Counted from the whole stretch's first letter, positions 12,044-25,230 are shown. The stretch is 58,098 nucleotides of DNA, filler included, from Sphacelaria rigidula (GCA_964200075.2; 8 parts of 8 records of this genome joined end to end with filler, not necessarily neighbours in it); one strand, 5' to 3'. The notes: generated from the sequence alone by a model not told the origin. Made by a program: numbers and translations.

Positions 12044-13160
12044 ATGGTAAGGCAGCATGTTACGGGGATTTGTGTGGAGTGGTCTCGGCTGGAACTCACC
12101 TGCTGTACAATGCTGCTCCTCCTCTCCTCCGTTTTATGTTCAGATATTCACGATACACCGGCAGGCGTACAACCATTACATGCAGTAAGCTCTCGAGACG
12201 TCGAGGCATCAGCTGGGGTAACTAGACTCCCCCACCCCCCATTGAATCTATTGGAAGGAGCATTGCTTACGGGAGCCAGGGAGGAGTTTGAGGGCAACCA
12301 AGAGGCGTACGAGGCAGCCGCGAGTTGGACCCTGCAGCGATTATCTGGAACTGAGGAAGGGTCCAAGCGGCGAAACTGGAATAGCCGGTCTATTCCACAC
12401 TTCGCGTGCGCCGACAACAAAGACACCGCGGCACATGGTGCAACCGACCAACAGCGACGGCGACCCTCACAGCTCGTAGAGGACCTTCTATCAGCGGGAT
12501 CTGTGCGGATGGTTTCGCATATCCGAGCGCAAGGGCTATCTTGTTTCGTTGCGACAGCAACCGCTGAACAGGTGGCTGTGTTAGAGGCAGCGGGGCTTGA
12601 GACGTTGGGGTTGCGGAACTTCGGACCGTTCCCCACCGTTTTGAAGATTGCCCCAGGGTTGCTTCAAATCCAAGACGGGCCAACAACTGCGAGAGACAAC
12701 TCGGGCACCGATGCAACTACAACGCGCGACCGGGATAGCGCAAGTAGAAGACTGTCTGTGATTCATGGCGAGGTGGCGCGTATGGATAATGTCGGGGGGT
12801 TGACAGTGGAGCTGTCGCCTGGAGTTCTGCCAAAAAGGGACTTTGACGTGGCCGATTCACTCATCGCGGATATTTTGGACGGCCTCCTGTCGCCAAGCAA
12901 CGATCTTCACGCCAACGCATACTGGTCAAGCAGCCGGGGTGGCCTTTCAGCCGCCGAAGATGGTATCACAATTGGCGCTGGTAGTTACCCATCAGCTAGT
13001 GCTTTACGAATTCGGGAGTGGACAAGGGCAGCAAACGTGGTGCGTAGCTTGACTAGCTCTGGTAGGGAGGAAGGGGGGGGTGCCGTTACTGCCGGAGACG
13101 TGTGCTCGTGGGACAGCATCAGATTACATCATCCGGATCGCGACAGTCTAACGGTTACAG
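12044..13160 (+). CDS. First exon of a probable secreted subtilisin-like (S8) peptidase, N-terminal extension only; catalytic exons not in this contig
   Basis: Long clean ORF with signal-like MLLLLSSVLCS; motifs FGPFPTVLKIAPGLL, GLTVELSPGVLP, DLHANAYWS, REWTRAA, GDVCSWDSI recall the N-terminal region of brown-algal subtilisin-like proteins (from memory, not searched); ends at ACAG|gtgggc donor. Confidence 0.6.
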
Positions 13161-14905
13161 GTGGGCTGTTCGTCATGGATGTCACTTCAGATTTGTACGT
13201 TTTTTATGCCACACGAGGACCGGTGGCGAGACTGGTTGACCCAACAAACCCAGCGCTTCGCGTATCTTGTTTGTCCTGTGCACTGAGTTGAACTATTTGT
13301 ATGATTTCGTGTTGTGCTTACTGCACCGAATAAGTGTGTTTCTTGTTTACTGAGGACATCAAATTATTCCGGTATGGTGCACATGCCCCGTTCGATCGGC
13401 GAAGCTCGCTACAGCAGCACGGGACCACGCCTGTACCCTGAACGAAAACATGTTGAGTGTGTGTTCGTGAGAAGGAACAAACCAGTGATATTCTCCCCAA
13501 CTCGGCGCCCGAATGATGTGGTTGGAATAACCCTCCTTCCCGCGGTTCAAGTATAGACGATCATCCTCGCTTCTCCAGCGTGCTCAGCAAACGTTTTGGC
13601 AAAATATTTAATAATTCTTTTCTCCTCACGAGAGTAGATTGTATTTTTTTCGAAATTTCTGTGTTTTGGCCAACGGCCAACCATGAGCTGCCTCAGCGTA
13701 GCGTTAGTGACTCTTGTGCACCACTGTATCGAGAACGTGTCTTCGCCAAGGCTACAACACGATACAGTACAGTCGTAGTTCGACGTCTGTTGGGAAAACT
13801 GATGTCGAGCACACTGTTTCTTTATCCATCTCGAAACCGTCTCGACAAGCCACCACCTCATGGTGATCGTCGTCTTTCGGGGTGTTGTACGGAGTCGTCC
13901 TTAGACGTTGGTCGTGGAACATGGTTGACAGAGCGTTTTCGGATAATTTATTATTTGGAACTAACCCTAAACCTAACCCTCATCCTAACCCCGACGGAGG
14001 CGTACAAGAGCCGTCGTTCAAGGGAGGTGCAGAGATGGCTCTATAATAGGCCAAGCGTGGGTTGGCAGACCTCAAAAAAAAGGTTCTGGGCAACCCAGGA
14101 GCACTTGTGACTGTCAACCCCTCCATAACTCCGGATATCATTTCATTGTTCTCAAGTTGATTGATTGTCGCACATCAACCCTTGGACTGCGAGCGTCGCC
14201 TCCGAACAGTTTCATCGACTGACAGCCCAGGGACGTTTGGAAGTTTCCAGGTAAAGGAGGGGGGAGTGATTTTTCACAGGTGGTGGGGACTTCTTCGCAG
14301 TACAGCACACCTTGGACAACAGATGGAATTTAAATTGCCAAAAAGTGCATTGCGTAGTTGTTGTTGTCTTCACATTAAAAAAGGTGTATTGCGTAGTAGT
14401 GTGTGTGTGTGTGTGTTGTCGTCCCATTTATTCTGGGCACCAGTCTACATCNNNNNNNNNNNNNNNNNNNNNNNNNNNNNNNNNNNNNNNNNNNNTTAAT
14501 TAATTAANNNNNNNNNNNNNNNNNNNNNNNNNNNNNNNNNNNNNNNNNNNNGGTCGCAAGTGTTTCGCGTCTTCCCTGCAAGAGTGAAATACCACTTCAA
14601 CCCCATATATTTTATGAACCTCATTTTCTAGGATCCACTGTTAAATACTCTACTCAAGACTCATCCCGAGATAGCCTCCCCGCAAAAAGTGCACGTGAGA
14701 CGGTGCGACGAAACGGCTGTGATCCTACTATTGGGCTCGTTTGCAACAATTTCGCCTATATGAAAGGCGTGGAGCAGTTCGAAATTAGCTATTACGCCCA
14801 AATAAGTCGCGTCGTGCAGCACGAAACCAGCTTTAACGGCATTTATGATCATCGCCGTGTGCACGTTTTTGGCCGGTTCGGGGGGGGGGGTATCTCGGCA
14901 GCAGT

Positions 14906-15160
14906 CTCAAGTTTTGAGTAGGTTGAGTATGGTCTCAAACACTCTACTCAAATATTCAGTAGGTTGAGTATGGTCTCAAAACCTCTACTCAAGTTTTGAG
15001 TACGCCTAGTTCGGCCTCAAATACACTACTCAAATTTTGAGTAGTTTGAGTATGGTCTCAAAACCTCTACTCAAATTTGCGTACGTCGAGTACGACTTCA
15101 AATACTTTACTCAAATATCGAGTAAGCACTCTCAGTAATACTTGAGTACAGAGTACCCCT
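14906..15160. repeat. ~41-bp tandem array with palindromic TACTCAAATTTTGAGTA core (probable MITE subterminal repeats)
   Basis: About six diverged units CTCTACTCAAATTTTGAGTAGGTTGAGTATGGTCTCAAAA. Confidence 0.75.
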
Positions 15161-15521
15161 TGGGTATGGTGCCTGCCCCTGACACTCGGCGACTTCGTGA
15201 CGTCACTTCACACACTATGTTGAATGCAGGGGCGAACGATGACCATCTATTAAATGAACGGCGTTACATCACAGACAACAAGAAGTATGAGCGAATGATG
15301 GCCATAAAAGAATACAAAAGCGTGCAGGTGAACAAACCTTCCTGCCCCAGCGCCCCCTCTCACCAGCCCCCATCCACGGCAGTTCATACTCGATACCTCG
15401 CAAGGCCTTCGATATCACTTGCAGTATAGAGCGTTACTTATCATCATCGAGTAATCGAATAGACGAGTAGTCGAGTAGGTATTTTCAAAACGAAGGACTC
15501 TTCTAGCCACATATGTGACTC

Positions 15522-17067
15522 CTCCATGGCACACGTGGACAGATAGCACCCTGTGGAGCACGTCTACAGGGCTCAGGGAAACTGTGCAGTGTTTGTCGCG
15601 GGGATTTAGCTGTAGGGTGTTTTTTTGCGCCACACAGTACACTTCACAGGGTTTCAGGGAAATCATGCAGTGTTTGTCGCGAGGATTTGGCTATAGGGTA
15701 TTTTTTCGCGCCGCACAGCACGCTTCACAGGGTTTCGTCACCCCGAGTTCTGTTCATTGCTGTTAATATACTGTACAGCCTTCATAGCACACATACAATA
15801 TACTCCACACAGCATGGGCATGGTACTGGCAGAAAAAACGGTGGCGAAATTGCCGCGGCAGGAACTGACCTCACGACTTCGTGGTCGGGGGCGCAACGAA
15901 ATGTATATTGAACTACCTGATTTGTTATCGAATTTGTTGTACTTCTAATAAATATCAAGCAAAAACCTCCATGAACAAAAGCATGCTCGATTAAGTGATT
16001 TTGGTAGACTGCGGACCACGGGGTTTTCATAAGCTATGTGGACTCATATGCGAGGTATATTTTCTTTTTTTTTCCGTTCCTGTTTTTTTTTTCTATTCCT
16101 TTTCTCTCTTCTTTCTCTTTTCCTTAGAGCGTGTTTCAGTTTCGTTTTTCTTGGATACGTCTATCATGAGACCACGGCTGGACCTCTAGGGGGTCAGTTA
16201 AAGTGCGACAATCAATCAATCAATCAATACCATCATCCCAGCATCCACACCTTGAGCCGAAGCGTCATATCTAAGCTCGTAGGCGTGTGGGCATACACTC
16301 GTTATCAGTGTGTTGGATCTCTATTCAGCAAAAGCTGTTGAGAATTATTCATCCTTTAGCCCATGTATACATGAGCTGGGGGGCAAAAGGATGAATTGCT
16401 TTCAACACTTTTTTCTGCGTGTCGGATCCCATACGTTAATAACGGTGCAGTATGCGGGATATGCCCAGCTGACGCTGTTCGCAATATATCTCTTTTTGCC
16501 CAATTTCCGGATGAATTGGAGGGAAAAGTGAAGATTTATTTCGAGCTTCTTCTGCTGTTCAAATTACGAATCTGCCAGTGTGCATGGCATTTGCGCAGCA
16601 GAAAAGGCCAAATAGATTTGTTTTTTGCCCAATTTAAATGAGCGAGAAAAGGACATATTTTGAATAGGTTCTTCTGCTGTTCGAAATAAATCCTTTTTTT
16701 GCCCAAATAAATTGGGCAAGGAAAGGATCTGTTTCGAATAGTTTATCCTGCTGTCCGAGATAAATTCATTTTCACCCGATTTGAATCGGGGAAAAAAAGA
16801 ATTTATCTCGGACAGCAGGACAAGCTATTTAAAATATACAAGTTTACAGATTTTGTACGAAAATAATTTGGAATTTTCAAAATATATATATGGAATTTTC
16901 AAAATTGGAAGGGCTCTCCACAGGGTTGCTTGCAGGGTGTCGACAAAAACGCTACGACAGGTACAGACTTGCGTTTTCACTGTCAGTGTTTTTCACAAAA
17001 CTGTGGAGGACCCTGTACGGACCCTGAACAGTGCGCCCCACAGGGTGCTATCTGTCCACGGATGGAG
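15522..17067. mobile_element. ~1.55-kb TIR element containing further repeats
   Basis: CGTGGACAGATAGCACCCTGTGG (15534-15556) inverted at 17038-17060; internal ACAGGG repeats near both ends. Confidence 0.6.
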
Positions 17068-17614
17068 CAGCAGCTATTTTTATGATGAGGCGCGGTGCGC
17101 GCAACGTTTTTTCATTTCTCAGTCGGCATCACTCCAAACTTTGAATCGGCATCATTTTCCGAATATTGCCTCATGCATTGGATTCTGGACCGCGAGCATG
17201 GGTCATCTGCGGTGGAATAAACATCATCAGTTTTGCTTGAAAAATACACTGAATAGCCAGATGACCTACCCCCGCGCTTTAAGGGATAAGCGATGTGCTC
17301 AGCTGATGAGCAGCTACTACGGCGTTTTCTTCGAAGTATAACCTGCACCACTACGCAACACACACAATTAGCACCGGTTCGCGCACCTCTCACACAAACC
17401 ATCGTTTCTCATTGAATTCTGAACAAATTAATGCAAGGTCGCGCCCAGCTCGAGTGACAAGCAGCTATTTTCCACGATGAAGCGCGGTGAGGGCAATGTT
17501 TTTCAATTGTCATTCGGTATCACTCCAAACTTTTAATCGGCATCATTTTCCGGATCTTTCCTCATTGCACTCTGGACAGCTTTGAACACGGCATTTCACA
17601 AACTGGGGGTGGAT

Positions 17615-17969
17615 TTTTTACTGGGGATGAAAACCAGGAGAATTAAAATCTTCGCATCCACACCAAATCTTCGAAACATGGTTCCATTTCTTCACTTGGT
17701 GGTCCCATTTCTTCACTTGGTGGTATCTATTATTGACAACTACTACACGCCATAGAAATTTGGATTTTGTATAATAAGCTTGTTTTTTCGTGGAATCAAA
17801 CGCCCTCCCACGTCGTAGCATGACTCGACATCTTTTTCATGGACGGAAATCACGTAGACACTACTGTTCAAAAAGACCGCCGCATTTGTGTGATATCGGG
17901 ATTCGAACCCGTGCCTCATCACCGTGCGTAGTAAGTGGATATTGGTGTACCACTTAGCCTACCGGGGCG
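17615..17969 (-). mobile_element. tRNA-derived SINE
   Basis: Minus-strand head GCCCCGGTAGGCTAAGTGG (A box)...GGGTTCGAATCC (B box) without a closing acceptor stem; 3' boundary approximate. Confidence 0.65.
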
Positions 17970-18109
17970 TGGCATTTGATGCCGCCATGGTAGGATCACT
18001 GTTCCATTGACGCGCAAACAGTTGCGTCCCCCACACGCCGCAGTTAGCATTCCGAACGACGCCGCATCTACCATTGTAAGACATCCAGGGGGATTAATGC
18101 CGCAATAGC

Positions 18110-18330
18110 ACCCCCCCCTCAGAAGAAATGGCTGGTTTGAGGAGGCAAAATCTACATGTGAATGGAAATAACAAAAGGCGAGCACACCGAGCAGCAGGGA
18201 ACTCTCGTGCTTGGGATCATTTCCGCCAATGTGCCCACAAGAGGGGCTACATGCAGTCTGAAACCAGCCATCATGCGCTGTATGAACATTTCTTCGTCAT
18301 AGCTGTGGGGCTAGTTTGGGCGGCATCACT
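18110..18330. repeat. Dispersed repeat; second copy in reverse orientation at ~21975-22550
   Basis: GGCTGGTTTGAGGAGGCAAAATCTACATG etc. match the reverse complement of 22495-22530, and 18280-18325 matches 21985-22035. Confidence 0.75.
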
Positions 18331-19111
18331 CAGGGGCTCGCGTTCAGAGTTCGTCTGTCGTTTCCTCTATAACTTTTCGAGTATCTTCTTTGAGGAGGCA
18401 CCCTCGTTCATCTAAGGTGGTGATTCTTGCTCCCGTTGCCGGTAATCGATGAGAGATACCTGACCCACCCCAAGGCTGAAAGAACCCCCCATTTACTATG
18501 TACCGCGATTTTGCACATTTCGAATGAGCATGTTTGTCGTGCAGTGTCCACATCACACTCACGCACTCCGCTTTTGACCCTCCCAGTATACTGCAGTGTG
18601 CAGCTATAAATACGAAGGCTCGCTGCGTTGACATGATAGTCACCCCCGCCCCCCGCCCCCCCCCCCCCGTCCCCACTTCCCTACACCGCTAACCAATCTG
18701 AATCTGCGTGTCCACCCCCTGCTTCACATATTTCCTGATTAGCCAACCACGTTCTCCGTGTTTCTCGCTGTTGCTTCCCAATCCAGTCAAACCCAGCAAA
18801 TGAACCAGCCGTCCTGCACTGCTTGGAACTCCTCGAAACACAAGGAAATAGAATAAGCTAAAAGTGATGTACAAAGGTACACCTCATGTATGTGTATGCA
18901 TATATATATATGTATATACTTCAAAGTACTTGAACACATGAAGCCACGTCTCCCGCCCCACCCACGAATGAAATCGAACCCAGAAACACTAGAACGTGCG
19001 ACACCACCCGAGCCCAGCATTTTTTCCTTCCTTTGCTTTTTTGCACATTCACATTCACACTAACAAAGCACACCGACCGAGCCCTTCCGACGAAAACACG
19101 CCACCCCCGAG

Positions 19112-19152
19112 CCTAACCCTAACCCTAACCCTAACCCTAACCCTAACCCTAA
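19112..19152 (+). repeat. Interstitial telomere-type (CCCTAA)n tract
   Basis: Six perfect CCCTAA units plus one partial. Confidence 0.9.
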
Positions 19153-22100
19153 AAACATCAACACTTCGTGTACGCGTGGACACTTGCAAACCCCTCGACC
19201 GCTTTTGATTGCCGGTCGTGGTAATCTCTTCGATCACAACCATTACCACTTGAAAGATGACTTCAAGACCCAGTTGACCCACCCTAGCCGTGAAAAAAAA
19301 AACTCAGCACTGTTGATACCTTACTCGACTACGCCAAGTATTTGCTCCGGTAACCTATCGAATTTGGCTCTGCATTCTCTGAGATACTGGAGGACGTTCG
19401 ACAGAAAAAAAAAAATCGTCTCCCTCACACTAGTTCAGCCGGTGAGTACGTCCCGCTGGTCCGTGGTGCAGATTCATCACGCGAAGGCCGAACGGTGCTG
19501 GTCGATGATTCGTACGAAGTATATTAATAGCTTCACCGCGATTGGACCGTTCGGTCGCTGCCAAAACAAAATACGAGAAGAGTTAAAAAAAAATGCAAAT
19601 CAACCAAATGTCTACGTACCCTCGGTCCAACCCCCTTAACCCCGAATGATACTACTGCAGAATGCCGTAAGTCAGAGAGAAGGCGGACAATGGACGTGCC
19701 ATCAATGAATCCAAATGAAGAAAAAACACACACGCATGTTGTATGTTCCCTGTAGTATACAAAGGTTCAGTCGCTATTACACGCCTGCCCCCAAAACATT
19801 CCGTAAATATCCCAACCTACATATTCCTCGGGCATGATCGCAATCAATACACTGCCGGATATGTGCAGTATATGTACATCCCATCGCTGACTCAATTGGC
19901 GGCCACCCAGCTGCCACATGTAACTAATAACACTCCGCCGGCTGTATGTCTACAGCTGACACCGTTGTTGGAGCAAGGGAAGAGACAGATGGCTGTTACA
20001 TAGTTACACCGTGACACCTTCATCACTCCGTGATTTGCTGACGTCGAGAGCGGGTGGTTCGCCGTTGAGGTCTTTCCGCTGCGCCCTTCGTAGATCTTGA
20101 TGTCCTCGTGGTGGGCTTGACGGAGTCGGTGACCTGGTTTGCGTTCCGCATATCACGGGGGAAATGGGAACTTAATGCTTGAATCAAAAACGATCGTGTG
20201 TTCGTGTGTGTGTGTGTGTGGGTGTGTGTGTAAAAAAGGCATTTTGATAACTAACTGGTTTCACCGGTCTATTTTGAGTACCAAAGCAAAAAGCTTCCAC
20301 TCACGCTAGAAAGACCAGAGCATGACGACCGTCACCTCTGAAGGTGCACGGTACGAGGTATGACATCGCTGAGAGTGGGCGAGGTTTTGACGTACGTCCC
20401 CATAAACGCCAGTAGGGGTTTTTGGAACACTAATTAATTTCAAGAACAGATTTTGCAGGACGAGGGAACGCCAAAATGAAGATAAGAAGAAAAAACGCAC
20501 CTTCATTTTTTTCCTTGAAATAAATAAAACGGAGGATTCATGGCAGAATTATTGTCTCGTGAGAAAGAAATTAGATTTCATCACAAATTGGGGGTTTTTT
20601 CCAGGTGCAGAAGTATTTTCATCCCATTGTTTGTTTGTTTTTGCTTTTTCGAGGTAGCAGTTGACTGCTCACCCCTGAAGAGCAAACGTTTGGCCCACAG
20701 TATCATCAACATTAACAGAAAAGAGGGAATAGAATTTAAACTTACAGAAAAAATGTGATTAATTACGCTTTGCTCAACTAGAGCCGAAGCTTAGTAGAGT
20801 AGGACGGCGAGTGCACTGCACCAAGCTGACGGGCGGGTGTTAGTGGGTCGGCCCCTCACACTGCCTTGCGCAAAGCTTGCGAACGCTGGAGGCGGCTACC
20901 CCACAGGACTGTCCAGATGCAGTATAGCCGGGCCTCCGGGTACTCGGTACACGAAACCCCTTTGAGGAGTAAACGTTGGGCCAGGTTCCCCCCTTTCTTC
21001 AATAAAATAAAAATGATTATGGTGTTGTCGCCCACGGGAACTAATGGTTGTTCACAATGGAGAAAGCGGACACGAGAGTAACACAATCTCGACGAAAACA
21101 CACACACACAAACAAGTCACACCAACAAACAACAGCCGTGCACTCCTCACGAAAAGAAACAAGTGCGATCTATTTTCACGTCAATTTTTACACTCTACGA
21201 CTGTATTTATATTTTTTTTTAAAGCAGGAGTTGCGCAATACTCGCAGCATGCCCATTTTTTCAACGGGGGCCTACGAAATATTCTTTCCAGGAGTCATAA
21301 CTTGTTTCCCCCGCCCGCCGGCCCGCCGGCCCGCCGGCCCGATTTTTTCGGGAAAAATACGATTTTTTCACAGTTGTTTCCAGCCCAACACACTAATTCT
21401 CCAGGTCCAGGGAGCGCCCAGGTATGAAGTCGTGAGTTATTTCGAGCGGAACACGAAGTTTTCATACGTGTTTCTGAGTCAAATACAGACATCTCCTCGT
21501 TCGGGCAGCGCTTGCATCAACATCGCCCGGGAATATTTGTTTCACTTCATTTCCCGGATAACAAGTACGAACAACTGCGGTATTGCGGAGAGGGCAACAC
21601 AGCAGCATGCATAGTACTCCCCCCCCCTTCCCTCCCCTTCTTTTCCTGGTTCGAAGTTTTTTTTTTTTTTTTTACTCTTTCTTGAAAATACGTGTGAATG
21701 ACCGCTTTGGTTTTTTCAAATTATACNNNNNNNNNNNNNNNNNNNNNNNNNNNNNNNNNNNNNNNNNNNNTTAATTAATTAANNNNNNNNNNNNNNNNNN
21801 NNNNNNNNNNNNNNNNNNNNNNNNNNAAAGCACGGCTTTTGAGTTGAACCTCATTTTTTTTTTCAACCCCATTTTCGAAAATCGGCTGTTACCTGCAGAC
21901 TACCTCATGTTCCATGTCAGCAGTGATGGGACACAGTCTAGTGAGCCAGCCATACCAACAGTGGATTGATGCTGCGATAGCCTCCTCTCCCCAAACTAGC
22001 CCCCAAACTGCCACGAAGCAAATGGTAATACAGGACATGTTATTATGACCTCTGTATGACCCGACGCGCTTAATAATAACCCCGGGCCAGTCAACCCGAA

Positions 22101-23711
22101 CCGTCTTCCCGCGTCTGTCACCCTGGGACTGTCATCCTCCAATCCCCAGTCTGGGATCGTCATTCTCCCGTCTCGGGAGGTATCCGGATGGGTGCCTCCC
22201 CGACTCTGTCAGTTCTGTACCTCAACCCAAACCGGCTTACAAAGTCCATCCTGTTCAAGTCCACGTCACGGCTCCGCACGCTCCGTACCCTTTCACAGAG
22301 TGAGAAGCTACAACCTACACACCCACCCACCGTCCGGGTAGGAGAAGTCCCACTCACTGTCCGACTGTGTCTTATACGCATGATGGCTGCGTTCAGATTG
22401 CATTGAGCGCCTCATATGGACGAAATTGGCGAAAATGATTCCAAGCGTGGGAATTCTCAGCTGCTTGGTGTGCTCGGCTTTTGTCATTTGATTAACATGT
22501 AGATTTTGCCTCCTCGAACCAGCCACTTTTCTGGGGGGAGCTACTGCCACCGCTTTCATGGTCTCTGCACGCCCACAGGGCTACAGGCATATCTGTACGG
22601 TTTCGGTCGACACGAGCGATCCACAACCACAGCACGACAGCCAACAAAAGGGATACAGCAGTATTCATGCGGGTAAAGTCCTTCTCCCGGGGTATGTTCC
22701 GTCCGGGCAGCATGAAACAACAGACAACCACAACGATATAACAATATTTTATCTGAACCCGTATCCGAAGCGGTGCCGGATGCAGCAGCACGCTAAGCCA
22801 AATAGAGGCTGCAACGCTAACTTCGGCACCTAGATCCACCGTGTCATCGTTTACTTCAACCGCTGGTAACGTGTTTAGTGTCTTGCCATACTTTTTATTC
22901 CGAGCACTCGCCAGCAGTGACGTGCGCTGGTGGTGCACCCGGCCAAAGCATAGACAGAGCGCAAGAGATGAGGAACACGCTAATGGGTTGGTGAGGAGAG
23001 GCAGGTCCATCAGAAACTTATGACGGTGCCCACGCGATGTTGCAGCTCGGCAATTGGATTGTATGCCGCCCGACTGTCCATGATGAGCGAGCGCATAATA
23101 TTAGAAAGGCGCTGTGTGTTCTGTCCAGATATGACAGTCAGTACCGACGACGTTCCTACTACATACAGCCTGTCCAGGTTTGTCTACAACACGCAGTGCG
23201 CAGGGGAGACCTGCATACTGCTTTTATTGGCATCGCCCGCATTGTTTGCCATTGCTGTACAACCACCCATCGTTTTCTGGGCGTACACGCTCTTGTGGTC
23301 TGTACATATTGTGCGAGGTACTAGTGACCACGCTGCGTGTTGACATTGGTTATATCTCCAACCATGAAGTACCCTGGAGGCCGGCGCTTGATAATACCGA
23401 GTTGTACGAGAAACTTCATGCGCGCTAAAACCTGAGGAAAACACCCGAACACATTTAGTGGATGTATAGAAAATGGGGAGAGCCAACAAGAACCACAAAA
23501 ACTCGTATCAGGAACCTAGACTCAAGCCGTTGCAGCCGGCACACCTGTACATGTATGTATGCTGGGCTAACGTCGACTTCTTCAAGACAAATACGAGAAC
23601 TTCACATATTCGTTCGTTTGGAAGATATCTTGCAAACATTTACACCCGAACCTAAAACAATGAATTTCGGGATGTGAGCAGATTCATCACTAATCATCAA
23701 CAGTAGATAAA

Positions 23712-23960
23712 TCAGGGCCGACCCCGTCTTTTAAACGAACTGCCTATTCCGAGCAAACTGGATTTTCGTCGCTCTTCCGCCCGTGCCCTCGCGGCGTCGA
23801 TGTCCCAAGGGTCACCGGTAAAACATGAACGGCACAAAACGTTGCCAGAGCCCTTGCAGCTCTTGCATACCACCGTGACGTTGTAGGTGACGTAACTGCC
23901 CTGCCCGTCGCAGTTTGAACACGCCTGTAGCTCCGAACCCCCGCACGTTGCGCAGGGCGC
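23712..23960 (-). CDS. DnaJ-type cysteine-rich zinc-finger terminal exon, in frame with the hydrolase
   Basis: APCATCGGSELQACSNCDGQGSY...CKSCKGSGNVLCRSCFTG...stop: four CxxC(xGxG) motifs; acag| acceptor, phase 0. Confidence 0.75.
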   Translation of the reverse strand, partial: APCATCGGSELQACSNCDGQGSYVTYNVTVVCKSCKGSGNVLCRSCFTGDPWDIDAARARAEERRKSSLLGIGSSFKRRGRP

Positions 23961-24589
23961 CTGTCGAGTAGTAGGTATGCGCGTCAAGTTGGGTATGTTG
24001 AGCTGCTTTTGGTGCACGCCTCATCGTCATCATCACCACCACCACCATCATCATCATCATCACTGGATCTGCTCATAAATTCGAACTTTCAGCCGTATGT
24101 AGCGGACACCTGTAAAAAAGAAAAATACATGCGATTGATGAATATATTGTGTGGCCTGGTATTAGTGCGTTAACGGGAGATCGTGAGGGCTATCGTGTGT
24201 ACGGGTCATAAGTGGACGAGTTGGTGCCCATCACAGATGAAACTGTTTTCCGGTACATCGCAAGTCGACAGACTCAGACGCCCAACACGCCCAACTTTGA
24301 CATGAGCGCAACAGCAGTCAGCCGTGCTCCGATAGTCGTCTCATCTTGGAAGAGCAAACGTGTGAGATCAAATGTTACATGAACAACGAGTGCTCATCGA
24401 AACTGTTGTAATATAGGGATGTAGAAAATGATCCAAACGCCAGACCGTACTGCATCAGCGTCAGCGCTGGTAAATCTCCAGCGGTTGACACTGCTTTTGA
24501 TGGGTATGTGACAGAAGGACGCCTCAATTGAAAATAAGACAGCATACAGTACGTTACCACGACTGCTCATCGTGGGGTGAAAATCGTAC

Positions 24590-24719
24590 CTTCACTGGGT
24601 TCCCGTTCTTAACGAACGACAGGATTTCCTTAACGGTTTCTTTCGGCTGCTCCAGGTGCGGAACATGGCCGCACTCTTCCACCCAAACAAGTCGGGCATC
24701 TGGCATTTCATCCACAAAT
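24590..24719 (-). CDS. Alpha/beta hydrolase exon (catalytic His)
   Basis: FVDEMPDARLVWVEECGHVPHLEQPKETVKEILSFVKNGNPVK (GHxPHxExP); gcag| and |gtacga, phase 0 out. Confidence 0.9.
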
Positions 24720-25134
24720 CTGCAAGGCGGGTAACAAGGAGAAACATGGAGAGCGTGTACAACGGCACAGCGTTCAGGGTGTTTGGTCATCCACAATTCT
24801 GCAGAATGTCAAACAGGACGAAGCGTGAGGAGCACAGTTTCATGGGTCGACCAGGATTTTTCGGTCAATCGGATTCCTACGGCATCTATGTATCATCTGA
24901 GAACAGTACTTGGTATCATTTTTACCCCCCCTTCCCAACTTGATTGGTTGATTAATCGATTGTCGCGCAAGAATTGAACCCCCAGGGATTCAGTCGTGGC
25001 CATCATTCACATGATAGACGTACCCGAGATGAACCAAACAGGAGCACTTGCTGAAGGAAAGTTGAGGAGACAGAAAGATGGGACAGACAAACGGAGTAGA
25101 TAGTAATAGTAACACTGAAAATATTAATGGTAAA

Positions 25135-25141
25135 GACGACT

Positions 25142-25224
<83 letters not shown>

Positions 25225-25230
25225 AACAAT
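25135..25230. repeat. Compound (ACG)n(ACA)n microsatellite
   Basis: Direct inspection. Confidence 0.95.

Noticed and set aside
14906..15160. CRISPR-like array of palindromic repeats
   Set aside because: The intervening sequences are themselves repeated, units are degenerate, no cas genes, eukaryotic context
17895..17969. Functional tRNA gene
   Set aside because: A and B boxes are present but the acceptor and anticodon stems do not pair; treated as a SINE head
24000..24109. Selenocysteine or read-through at the TGA after VSATYG
   Set aside because: The downstream frame is just a GAT/GGT microsatellite, there is no redox motif context, and no SECIS was identified
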